DNA of 64,000 nucleotides from an uncultured Candidatus Saccharibacteria bacterium (GTDB taxonomy: Bacteria; Patescibacteriota; UBA1384; DTJR01): positions 195,511 to 259,510 of the forward strand of contig CAZAOT010000002.1 in assembly GCA_964487045.1 (NCBI GenBank). Reading direction: 5' to 3'. The notes under the pieces are model-generated. The model ran no database searches and was not told where the DNA came from. It saw nothing but the letters and a program-made list of their open reading frames with translations. Position 1 is the first letter of the stretch. Every line of letters starts with the position of its first letter. Of this stretch, positions 38,265 to 46,435 are shown piece by piece. Both the position numbers and the translations under genes were made by a program.

Positions 38265-38297
38265 GAGGCAACTGCTCTACCGCTGAGCTATCGGCCC
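38223..38297 (-). tRNA. tRNA-Lys(CTT)
   Basis: GGGCCGA...GTTGC-CTCTTAA-GCAAT...GTTCGAATC...TCGGCCC-T-CCA. Confidence 0.96.
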
Positions 38298-38327
38298 ATG
38301 CATTTCTATTGTTAAAAGTTCGAATCC

Positions 38328-38395
38328 GATTCGGTCACCCGTCAAAATCTGTTGATTTTGCGGTCGACCCCGGCTCGGCCCGTCGGCCTGCGCCT
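38328..38395 (-). repeat. tRNA-linked structured element, copy C
   Basis: 26 bp (38364-38389) identical to reverse complement of 52139-52164; ends GTGAC-CGAATC. Confidence 0.85.
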
Positions 38396-38438
38396 CTTTG
38401 ACGTTTAGCTCGCCATTCCACCCGTCGAGCCGTCAAAG

Positions 38439-38493
38439 CCCACGACCAATTGCTTGAAGTGCGACAACTGCACAACCCGTGAGCTATCGGCCC
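38439..38493 (-). pseudogene. Degenerate copy of the tRNA-Lys 5' two-thirds
   Basis: 13-bp and 17-bp exact matches to the intact tRNA-Lys; D-arm and anticodon arm mutated. Confidence 0.8.
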
Positions 38494-38550
38494 AATCTTG
38501 AATTATTCTACCGTATTCGAGAGAATATTTCAATTCAACAAGACGCTTTT

Positions 38551-39327
38551 TTAGACTGCTCGCCTGAACAAACGTGATGAGATTGGACCAAATACAACTA
38601 TAATTGCTAATATCCATATCAAAGTATATAAAACAGAGCTGGATTCAGCGCCACCAGTAGAAAGATATCTCACGGCATTAACAACATGAGTCACAGGTTG
38701 GTTCTCGGCAAATTTTTGAAGCCATGAAGGCATTGTTTGTACTGGGACAAAGACCGAACTGGCAAATACCAATGGAAATATCCAAACAAATCCTGCTACT
38801 TGCGCAGTCTCAGAGTCTTTCACCGCCAACCCAATTGTCAGAGAAATCCACGAGAAAGCAAAACCAAATAAGACTACTAAACCTACAGCGGCCAAAGCAT
38901 GCCAAATCCCCTGCTCGAATCTAAATCCAAGTCCCATACCGACTCCAGTCATTATCAAAACGACCATAATATTACGGCAGGCGTCAGCCAATGTTCTACC
39001 GGCTACAATCGATCCGCGTGAAATAGGCAGACTCAAGAATCTATCTACCACGCCTTTGCCCAAGTCTTCCGCCATACCTACACCAGTCTGAGCTGATCCA
39101 AATAGCGCAGTCTGGGCTAAGATACCAGGCAGGAGAAAAACAATGTAGGAGCTCCCGCTAGTTGATCCCGACACCGCTCCACCAAAAACATAATTAAAAA
39201 GAAACAAGAACATAACTGGCTGAAACGCAGAGAAAAATAATAGTTGAGGCGTTCGCCAAACCCTTGTTAAGTTACGCTTAGCGATTATCAGAATATCGTG
39301 TAAAAAATTATATAAATTTATTATCAT
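38551..39327 (-). CDS. ABC-2 type exporter permease (DrrB-like)
   Basis: QPVMFLFLFNYVFGG, FLLPGILAQ, DRFLSLP, SSVFVPVQTMPSWLQ. Confidence 0.9.
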   Translation of the reverse strand: MIINLYNFLHDILIIAKRNLTRVWRTPQLLFFSAFQPVMFLFLFNYVFGGAVSGSTSGSSYIVFLLPGILAQTALFGSAQTGVGMAEDLGKGVVDRFLSLPISRGSIVAGRTLADACRNIMVVLIMTGVGMGLGFRFEQGIWHALAAVGLVVLFGFAFSWISLTIGLAVKDSETAQVAGFVWIFPLVFASSVFVPVQTMPSWLQKFAENQPVTHVVNAVRYLSTGGAESSSVLYTLIWILAIIVVFGPISSRLFRRAV

Positions 39328-40262
39328 TTCGTTTTTCTCCCAGTTACCGCAAGAAATACATCATCAAGGCTAGGTCTATGTAGTGAAATTTCTTCTGGCT
39401 CGATGCCTGCTTTTAAAAGCGCATCTGCTACTAACAAAAGCGTCTTGCTACCATCTTTAGCCGGTAAACGTACCGCTGCAGTTAGTGAGTCAATATTTAT
39501 ATTTTTATTAATTTTATAGAGAACCTTCTCACCATCGGCCTGTTGATTTTCCCTAAAACGCACTTCTATAACATCACGACCAAGTGATTTTTTAAGCTCC
39601 ACCGGAGTTCCCTCCGCAGCTATTCGCCCTTTATCAATTACAGTAATGTAATCCGCTAACGCATCAGCCTCCTCCATATACTGGGTTGTCAATAAAATCG
39701 TTGATCCATCCTTTACAAGATCACGAATAATATTCCACAGCTCTGAACGAGTCCGTGGATCGAGTCCGGTAGTCGGCTCATCTAAGAAAATGACTTTAGG
39801 CTGATATACCAAACTTGCTCCGACATCAAGACGGCGGCGCATACCACCAGAGTAGGTTTTGGCTGGTCTATCAGCAGCTTCGGTAAGACCTAATTTTTCA
39901 AGTAACTCCTTGGCGCGAGCTTTCACATCCGCTTTCTTCATATGATAAAGTTCACCAACCATCTCAAGTGTTTCTCTGCCTGTCATAAATTCATCAACGG
40001 CTGCAAACTGGCCAGCCAATCCTATTTCATGCCTAACCTTAGAGCCTTCAGTGCAAACATCAAATCCAGCAACCTCCATCGTCCCACTATCTGGCATCGT
40101 AAGTGTTGCTAAAAGTCTTACTAAAGTAGTCTTGCCAGCTCCGTTTGGACCTAGCAATGCATGAATCGTGCCCTTTTCGATATCCAGGCTCAATCGATCT
40201 AAGGCAACAGTTTTGCCAAAACTTTTTGTAATATCCTTTACGTGAATAATTGCTTGAGCCAT
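39324..40262 (-). CDS. ABC exporter ATP-binding protein (DrrA-like)
   Basis: GPNGAGKT, YSGGMRRRLD, LDEPTTGLDP, PSLDDVFL. Confidence 0.93.
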   Translation of the reverse strand: MAQAIIHVKDITKSFGKTVALDRLSLDIEKGTIHALLGPNGAGKTTLVRLLATLTMPDSGTMEVAGFDVCTEGSKVRHEIGLAGQFAAVDEFMTGRETLEMVGELYHMKKADVKARAKELLEKLGLTEAADRPAKTYSGGMRRRLDVGASLVYQPKVIFLDEPTTGLDPRTRSELWNIIRDLVKDGSTILLTTQYMEEADALADYITVIDKGRIAAEGTPVELKKSLGRDVIEVRFRENQQADGEKVLYKINKNINIDSLTAAVRLPAKDGSKTLLLVADALLKAGIEPEEISLHRPSLDDVFLAVTGRKTK

Positions 40263-40263
40263 T

Positions 40264-40515
40264 TTACCTAGATTCCTTAATTTTTCTCTTAACCTTTTCC
40301 TTCATTTCAACCACCCTGGATGAAAACGCCGTCATTTTGTCCAGAAATTCATTTAGTTTCTCAGCTTCAATCATATGAAGCATTTCCCCAACACCAAAAA
40401 ATACAAACTTATCACCGGTTTTAATTTTTAATTCATCTCGAGCTTCAATAGGCACAACAATTTGGCCTTTCTCCCCGATAGTTCCGACTCCGTAAAATTT
40501 CTTACATTGATGCAT
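40264..40515 (-). CDS. AbrB/MazE/SpoVT-family DNA-binding protein
   Basis: GTIGEKGQIVVPIEAR motif; first gene of the ABC exporter operon. Confidence 0.9.
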   Translation of the reverse strand: MHQCKKFYGVGTIGEKGQIVVPIEARDELKIKTGDKFVFFGVGEMLHMIEAEKLNEFLDKMTAFSSRVVEMKEKVKRKIKESR

Positions 40516-40532
40516 TTTTTCACTATTTGATT

Positions 40533-40559
40533 ATTTCCTACATTTCATACATTACATAC
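40533..40559 (-). promoter_or_regulatory. Three tandem 9-bp repeats (GTAKGWAAT), probable AbrB-family operator
   Basis: GTATGTAAT-GTATGAAAT-GTAGGAAAT downstream of TTGACA (40578-40573); also at 26663-26689. Confidence 0.6.
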
Positions 40560-40688
40560 TAAACATAATGATGTCAATAAAAAAATGAGCATTTGCCCAT
40601 TTTTTTTACGGTACCTCTGGCGCTTATTCGACTCCCTCGGCTGCCAAATATCAACAAAAAAGAGCTAATGCTCATTTTTTTGTTGATC

Positions 40689-40765
40689 TGGTACGCCCGG
40701 AGGGATTCGAACCCCCGACCTACTGTTCCGAAGACAGTCGCTCTAATCCACTGAGCTACGGGCGC
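40689..40765 (-). tRNA. tRNA-Arg(TCG)
   Basis: GCGCCCG...ACTGT-CTTCGGA-ACAGT...GTTCGAATC...CGGGCGT-A-CCA. Confidence 0.95.
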
Positions 40766-40768
40766 ATA

Positions 40769-41272
40769 TTATTTATACAATTCTTTCAACGCATGCGTGG
40801 TATTTTTGAATGCCAATTCTTTCCACGGAACAGCTTCTTCGGAAAACCATCCATAATCAGAATTTTCACTATCAAGCTTAATCTCACCTGACTTGATTTT
40901 ACATCGATAAAACAAGTTTAGCGTATAAAAATTACCTTTAACATATTCATATTTATCAACTACTATTGTCAGTATTTCAACTGGCTCGATTTCGACTGAC
41001 AGCTCTTCGCTCATTTCTCGCTGAAGCCCCTCAACCGGGCCTTCGCCATTCTCCAAAAACCCACCTGGAAGATCCCATTTACCATGATAAGGATTGATTG
41101 CTCTTTTGATTAGCAGAACCTCATTTTGGTTATTTACAATCACGGCTGAAGCGGTTGGCTTTGAATTTTGATAGAATACAAAATCGCAATCGGCACAGAC
41201 AGGATGCAAAGTGTGATCGAGTTTTTTCGACTTTAGTGATCCTCCACACTTTGGGCAAAATTTGTAATTCAT
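40769..41272 (-). CDS. NUDIX hydrolase with N-terminal Zn ribbon
   Basis: FCPKCG...CADC, WDLPGGFLE..E......REMSEEL. Confidence 0.9.
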   Translation of the reverse strand: MNYKFCPKCGGSLKSKKLDHTLHPVCADCDFVFYQNSKPTASAVIVNNQNEVLLIKRAINPYHGKWDLPGGFLENGEGPVEGLQREMSEELSVEIEPVEILTIVVDKYEYVKGNFYTLNLFYRCKIKSGEIKLDSENSDYGWFSEEAVPWKELAFKNTTHALKELYK

Positions 41273-41277
41273 TTTAT

Positions 41278-41353
41278 TGGGGTGGCCAGACGGGCTCGAA
41301 CCGACAACCTACAGTTCCACAAACTGTTGCTCTGCCATTGAGCTATGGCCACC
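41278..41353 (-). tRNA. tRNA-His(GTG) with G-1
   Basis: G-GTGGCCA...ACAGT-TTGTGGA-ACTGT...GTTCGAGC...TGGCCAC-C-CCA; one T-stem mismatch. Confidence 0.93.
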
Positions 41354-41454
41354 ATACTAAACAAGATTATACCTTAAATTCACATCTTCTTCAAGGATTA
41401 TACAAAAACCCGACCGAGGGGAAGTCGGCCGGGAATTTGTATCAAAAGGACTTG

Positions 41455-41916
41455 TTAATTAGCATTGTGACAGTTTCCTGCACCTCTTCCGCCATTACCC
41501 TGTCCATTTCCACCGAATCCAATATATTCGTGGACCTTGTCGAAGTCGATACCGTTATCTTTGTAGAACTGTTCCATCTCGGCTCTTTTCGAACCTCGCT
41601 CGCCTCTAATTTCAGCCTGCTTGTCGAGAATCTTCTGCTTTTGTTCAGAGGTGATGACACCATCTTTGATCGCTTCATCAAGCTTAGAAGATACTTCGGC
41701 TTGTCGCTCTTTTTGCTTTTCAACTCGAATCTCTTCCATTGCTGAGTCAACTTTTGCTTGATCGATGCCCAACTTCTGCGCCAAAGCCTCGGTATTTGGC
41801 CCTCGTCTTCCAGCCGTATCATCAGCGAGTGCTTTTGCTGAATAGAGTGCGCCACTTAGAACTAGAGCTCCCAGTAACATCATCGGAACAATTATTTTCG
41901 AGTTTTTCATCTTCAC
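41455..41916 (-). CDS. Exported helical protein
   Basis: Signal peptide (..AKALA); LAQKLGID; LDEAIKDGVITSEQ; GGGTGGTG SD. Confidence 0.8.
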   Translation of the reverse strand: MKMKNSKIIVPMMLLGALVLSGALYSAKALADDTAGRRGPNTEALAQKLGIDQAKVDSAMEEIRVEKQKERQAEVSSKLDEAIKDGVITSEQKQKILDKQAEIRGERGSKRAEMEQFYKDNGIDFDKVHEYIGFGGNGQGNGGRGAGNCHNAN

Positions 41917-41978
41917 TCACCACCCTTCTTGTTATTTACTTTATGATCTTAGTTTATTATTTAATACTGAAAGGAAGC

Positions 41979-42644
41979 TTAAGACAGCTTGCCATCTTTC
42001 ATGTGAAAAATTTTATCAGCCTGGCTTGCTATACTCTCATCGTGAGTCACAACAATAATCGCTGTTTTTTTAGTTCTGGCTAATTTCTTAAGTAGATCAA
42101 TTATAACTTTTCCAGTTGCCGAGTCTAAGTTTCCAGTCGGCTCATCAGCTAAAATTATTTTCGGATCATTGGCAAGAGCTCTCGCAATTGAAACCCTCTG
42201 TTGCTCTCCTCCAGAAAGCCGACCCGGCATCCTGGAATGCTTGTCGTCGGAAATACCAACCTGATTCAAAAGTTTCTGAGCCCGCTCTTGCTGTTCGGCT
42301 TTTGAAATACCATTGAATTCAAGCGAAAGCATTACATTTTCAAGTGCAGTTAAATTCGGAATTAGATTATAATTCTGAAATACAAATCCGATACTACTTC
42401 TTCGATAGGAAATTAATTTCATATCGGATAATTTGGCAATATCCTTACCTTCAATCTCAATCGAACCCGAAGTAGGACGATCAAGCGCACCGAGCAGAGC
42501 AAGCAGTGTGCTTTTTCCGCTTCCACTTTTTCCAACTATTGCGTTGAAGCTTCCCTCTACCAGCTCGAAATTTACATCCCTAACCGCTTGAACCTTATTT
42601 TCTCCAGAGACAAATTCTTTTGATAGTTTTTGTACTTTAATCAT
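41979..42644 (-). CDS. MacB/LolD-type ABC ATP-binding protein
   Basis: [36 protein letters not shown]. Confidence 0.93.
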   Translation of the reverse strand: MIKVQKLSKEFVSGENKVQAVRDVNFELVEGSFNAIVGKSGSGKSTLLALLGALDRPTSGSIEIEGKDIAKLSDMKLISYRRSSIGFVFQNYNLIPNLTALENVMLSLEFNGISKAEQQERAQKLLNQVGISDDKHSRMPGRLSGGEQQRVSIARALANDPKIILADEPTGNLDSATGKVIIDLLKKLARTKKTAIIVVTHDESIASQADKIFHMKDGKLS

Positions 42645-42657
42645 TTTATCCTTTTAA

Positions 42658-43992
42658 TTATTCAGCCCTCATTACTTCCGCTGGTGAAATCTTAGCAATT
42701 ATAAATGATGGAATTACACTACCTAATATTGCAATCATAAGAGCGGCGAGAAGACCATATAGAATTACATCGAAGCCTACATTTGCTGAGATATTTCGAA
42801 GTCCATTTTGCGCTCCACTGATTACTCCAGCCCCAACTCTCATCATCATCATGTGACCTTCTCCAGGATTTCTAGGACCACTTGATACATTATTATTCAC
42901 TAAAACTTTCAAGATTGGATTGGACAAGAGGACTCCGGCAATAATTCCTATCGCGCTACTTGTCAGTGTAAGCACCAGTGACTCAATCGCAAACTGCGCA
43001 GTCACTAGATAGTTTGAAGAACCAATCGCTTTAAGCACGCCTATCTCCCTTCTTCGTTCTCGGACGATCATAACCATCGTTAAAAATAGAATAATTGCAC
43101 CGGCTATAAGCGAGCCAACCAAACTATAAGTAGATATTGTTTTAATGTTCTCAAGCGGTGCAACAGCCTCTTTAGCTGAATCCTGCGATGAAACAATATC
43201 TGCTTTATCACTCATAATCTCTTTAATCTTAGATGACACTGAATCGAGTTTATCAACTGAGTCCACCTGCACTAAAACACTATTAACCTGCCCTGATTGA
43301 TCCGAAAGACTTTGTAGTGATTTTATAGGCATAACCACAAGGTTATTTGCAAAATTGTTGCCTGCATCAAAAATCCCAACCAGTTTAATGTCCTTGTCAT
43401 ATGCCTTAAATGTTTGGCCTACTGAGAGATTGTTTTTTTCCGCTAGAGACTTACCGAGCATCGCAATATTCTCCTCAGAATTTCCGTCAAATTTCTCACC
43501 GCTAGTTACGTCAAATTTACTTACATTCAAATTAGTTGTTACCGATAAATCATTTGTCGCAGTAATCATAAGCGGCATTTGAAAATTATGATTTTCACTG
43601 CTCATAGTTGATGAGCCAGCGCGCTGCTGCCTCTGGCCAAAACTTCCCGCTTCAACTGCAGATGCGAGACTGGTTCCTCTTGATAAGTGATCGTTTAGGG
43701 TTTTTATCACTTTACTTACTCCATCGACTTTCGAGATTTTGTCAATATTCTCATCCGTTAAAAGCTCTCCGCCTCCTTCAAAACCCCTTATACCCGCCGG
43801 TGAAACTGAGAGTGTATTTCCAATAGAAGATTTAACTGAAGAAATTTTTGATGTAACTGTATTTAAAGAAATCAGCATGACGAGCGATAAGCCTATCGCA
43901 ATTGATAGTATTAAAATAACCGACACCGATCTAACTCCATTTCGAAACGCATTTCTGTAGCCTCTACTTATTACGCCCATATACATTCTCAA
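42658..43992 (-). CDS. FtsX/MacB-type ABC permease
   Basis: TM, large periplasmic domain, ERRREIGVLKAIG, ISPAEVMR. Confidence 0.92.
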   Translation of the reverse strand: MRMYMGVISRGYRNAFRNGVRSVSVILILSIAIGLSLVMLISLNTVTSKISSVKSSIGNTLSVSPAGIRGFEGGGELLTDENIDKISKVDGVSKVIKTLNDHLSRGTSLASAVEAGSFGQRQQRAGSSTMSSENHNFQMPLMITATNDLSVTTNLNVSKFDVTSGEKFDGNSEENIAMLGKSLAEKNNLSVGQTFKAYDKDIKLVGIFDAGNNFANNLVVMPIKSLQSLSDQSGQVNSVLVQVDSVDKLDSVSSKIKEIMSDKADIVSSQDSAKEAVAPLENIKTISTYSLVGSLIAGAIILFLTMVMIVRERRREIGVLKAIGSSNYLVTAQFAIESLVLTLTSSAIGIIAGVLLSNPILKVLVNNNVSSGPRNPGEGHMMMMRVGAGVISGAQNGLRNISANVGFDVILYGLLAALMIAILGSVIPSFIIAKISPAEVMRAE

Positions 43993-44035
43993 ATTAATCT
44001 TTTCTTAAGAATAAATTCGTTTACTGAAAAATAGC

Positions 44036-44128
44036 TTAAACCAAAACGGCCCAGGGGGAAGGGGCCGTTTTGGTTTGTTTAGAGATCAATTAGGTGGGCA
44101 CATTGCTTGCCTACTTTCTCTTAGTTCT
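44036..44128 (-). ncRNA. Candidate two-component-regulated sRNA (~90 nt)
   Basis: Own operator box (44150-44165) and TAAACT -10 (44134-44139); ends in a long hairpin with C-rich loop; only ORF is MCPPN. Confidence 0.5.
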
Positions 44129-44161
44129 ACATCAGTTTAGCAATGCATTCTGAAATTTTGC

Positions 44162-45205
44162 TTAAGTTCGACTTTTACGAAGCAATACCTTGAATTCGCT
44201 CCCCTTCTCCGGCGAGCTTTTGACCGAGATAGATCCTTCGTTTAAATCAATTATTTGTTTTGCTAGCGACAAACCTAAACCATAGCCATCGATTTTAGTT
44301 TTGGCGCGAGAGTGGTCTGCTCTATAAAACCTATCAAAAATATATGGTAAATCGCTACTCTTGATTCCGACTCCATGATCCTTTACTGTAACTGCAACAT
44401 TTGAACCCTCCTCAAACATTTTTATTTCGACTTTAGAATTTTTACTGGAATATTTTATTGCGTTATCAATCAAGATGACAAAAAGCTCTACAAGATTATC
44501 TTTGTCGCCGACAACTCTAAATGGCTTAAGCTCATTTTCAAATTGGATGTTTTTATTTTTCGCGAGCGCCGAAATCCTCTCATAAGACTCAATGATCACT
44601 TCCTCTATACTGAGTTCATTACTTTCATTTTGCTCTTTCTCATATCTCGCTAATCTCAAAAGTGCACCAGAAAGATTTTCCAGTTTAGAAATTTCTTCAA
44701 TATTGCTACTTAATAATTTTCTTGCGTCATCCTTAGAAAGATTTTTTTGTCTTAGCGCTACTTCTATCTCAGCTCGCATAGCTGCTAGTGGCGTTCGAAG
44801 TTCGTGACTTGCGTCTGCCGTAAATCGCTGCTGACTTTCCATCGCTCCCTCAAGAGGATGAAGGGTTTTTTTGGCTAAGAAATAACTGAGTGCTGAAGAA
44901 ATCGCCAGAATAATAAGGTTAAAATAAATTAGTCTGTCCTGAAGACTACCATTAATTTCGGTAATTTGCTCAACTCTTGCATGTTCTAAATTCTCAAACC
45001 CTGGCGGAAGCTTTCCAGGCGAGCACTGGTTGATAATCTTATATGTTCTGCCGAGTCCTTTACCAAGTTCTTTGGTCGAAATGTTATAAATAACCATCGA
45101 AAAACTTATGGAAATTGCCATAGCAATCAAGACATAAAAAATAGAAAGCTTGATCGCTGCCCACTCGAAATCACTGATTCTTTTTATTATCTTATTCATC
45201 TTCAC
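44162..45205 (-). CDS. Sensor histidine kinase
   Basis: Two TMs, ADASHELRTP, IDNAIKYS, DHGVGI, FDRFYR, GYGLGL. Confidence 0.95.
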   Translation of the reverse strand: MKMNKIIKRISDFEWAAIKLSIFYVLIAMAISISFSMVIYNISTKELGKGLGRTYKIINQCSPGKLPPGFENLEHARVEQITEINGSLQDRLIYFNLIILAISSALSYFLAKKTLHPLEGAMESQQRFTADASHELRTPLAAMRAEIEVALRQKNLSKDDARKLLSSNIEEISKLENLSGALLRLARYEKEQNESNELSIEEVIIESYERISALAKNKNIQFENELKPFRVVGDKDNLVELFVILIDNAIKYSSKNSKVEIKMFEEGSNVAVTVKDHGVGIKSSDLPYIFDRFYRADHSRAKTKIDGYGLGLSLAKQIIDLNEGSISVKSSPEKGSEFKVLLRKSRT

Positions 45206-45872
45206 TTATTTTATACCCGAATCCCCTTACTGTCTTTATCAGTGGTTTTGAATTTTTAAATGGTTTATCAATTTTATTTCGCAAGTAACCGATAAAAACT
45301 TCTACCGTATTTGGCAGTATATCTGCGTCATAATCCCAAACATGAGCAATAATATTGTCCTTAGTTAGAATTCTGCCTTTATTTCTAAGTAAGTATTCGA
45401 GTAATCCAAACTCCTTCGTAGATAACTTCAACTGCGTGCTACCCCTTTTAACAATAAATTCCTTTGTATTAAGCTCTAGATCAGCAATCTTCAATATCTC
45501 ATTTTCCAAATTACTAGGTCTTCTAAGGAGCGCTCTAACTCTTGCAATGAGCTCTTCAAAGGAAAATGGTTTTATCAAATAGTCATCAGCACCGCAATTC
45601 AAACCATCAACACGATCACTAACCTTGTCTTTTGCCGTAAGCATTAATATTGGAACTTTTTTTTGATCATCTCTAAGCCTTCTACAAATCTCCATACCAT
45701 CCAATTTGGGGAGCATTCTGTCTAAGATAATAAGATCGTAGTCTATTGTACTCGCCTGTCCATAACCATCTTCACCGTCAAATGATACATCAACAGCAAA
45801 AGAATCTTGTTCGAATCCTTTTTTTAAAGCATTAGCAATCTTGTGATCATCTTCGACTATAAGTATTCGCAT
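45192..45872 (-). CDS. OmpR-family response regulator
   Basis: MRILIVEDD, LDRMLP, GADDYLIKPF, KTVRGFGY. Confidence 0.96.
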   Translation of the reverse strand: MRILIVEDDHKIANALKKGFEQDSFAVDVSFDGEDGYGQASTIDYDLIILDRMLPKLDGMEICRRLRDDQKKVPILMLTAKDKVSDRVDGLNCGADDYLIKPFSFEELIARVRALLRRPSNLENEILKIADLELNTKEFIVKRGSTQLKLSTKEFGLLEYLLRNKGRILTKDNIIAHVWDYDADILPNTVEVFIGYLRNKIDKPFKNSKPLIKTVRGFGYKISEDE

Positions 45873-45980
45873 AAGCAAATAATATACCACAAATACTTAA
45901 AATTTGCTGAGGATAAAGCTATTTAAGTTGTTTTTATGAGTGATTATAGTAGAATTGCATTACAACTTAAAAGGAGATAT

Positions 45981-46379
45981 ATGAAGGGATTTAACGACAA
46001 CATAGAGAAGTCGACTCTTGAAAACGACAATTTTAGAAAGGTATTGTACACTGGCAAGCATAGCCAGTTGGTATTGATGAGTCTTAAGCCAAGCGAAGAC
46101 ATAGGGATGGAAACTCACGATGAAAATGATCAGTTTTTTAGGTTTGAATCAGGCACGGGAAAGGTTGTTATAGACGGCAACGAATACGAAGTATCAGATG
46201 GAAGCGCCGTAGTGGTACCAATGGGCGCCGAACACAATGTCATAAACACTTCAGATAGCGAGCCGTTAAAACTTTACACCATCTATTCCCCGGCACATCA
46301 CAAAGATGGAATTGTCCGAGCGACAAAGGAAGAAGCATCTCGAAATGAAGCCGAATTCGACGGCCAGACGACAGAATAA
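45981..46379 (+). CDS. Cupin domain protein
   Basis: AAGGAG SD; NFRKVLYTG, IGMETH...DQFF..E, HNVIN, LYTIYSP.HH. Confidence 0.9.
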   Translation: MKGFNDNIEKSTLENDNFRKVLYTGKHSQLVLMSLKPSEDIGMETHDENDQFFRFESGTGKVVIDGNEYEVSDGSAVVVPMGAEHNVINTSDSEPLKLYTIYSPAHHKDGIVRATKEEASRNEAEFDGQTTE

Positions 46380-46435
46380 TAAATCTAAATAAAACAAAAA
46401 GTGGGCCGACGGCCCACTTTTTGTTACCGACTAGT

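Larger units (their letters stand above)
39912..40694. repeat. 783-bp direct repeat, copy 2
   Basis: Matches 26042-26824; ends inside the last 6 nt of tRNA-Arg(TCG). Confidence 0.95.

Noticed and set aside
38405-38617. 70-aa ORF
   Set aside because: Overlaps the permease end and the pseudo-tRNA
41155-41855. ORFs 41155..41745 (+) and 41442..41855 (-)
   Set aside because: Overlap tRNA-His and the better-supported 41455..41916 gene with SD and signal peptide
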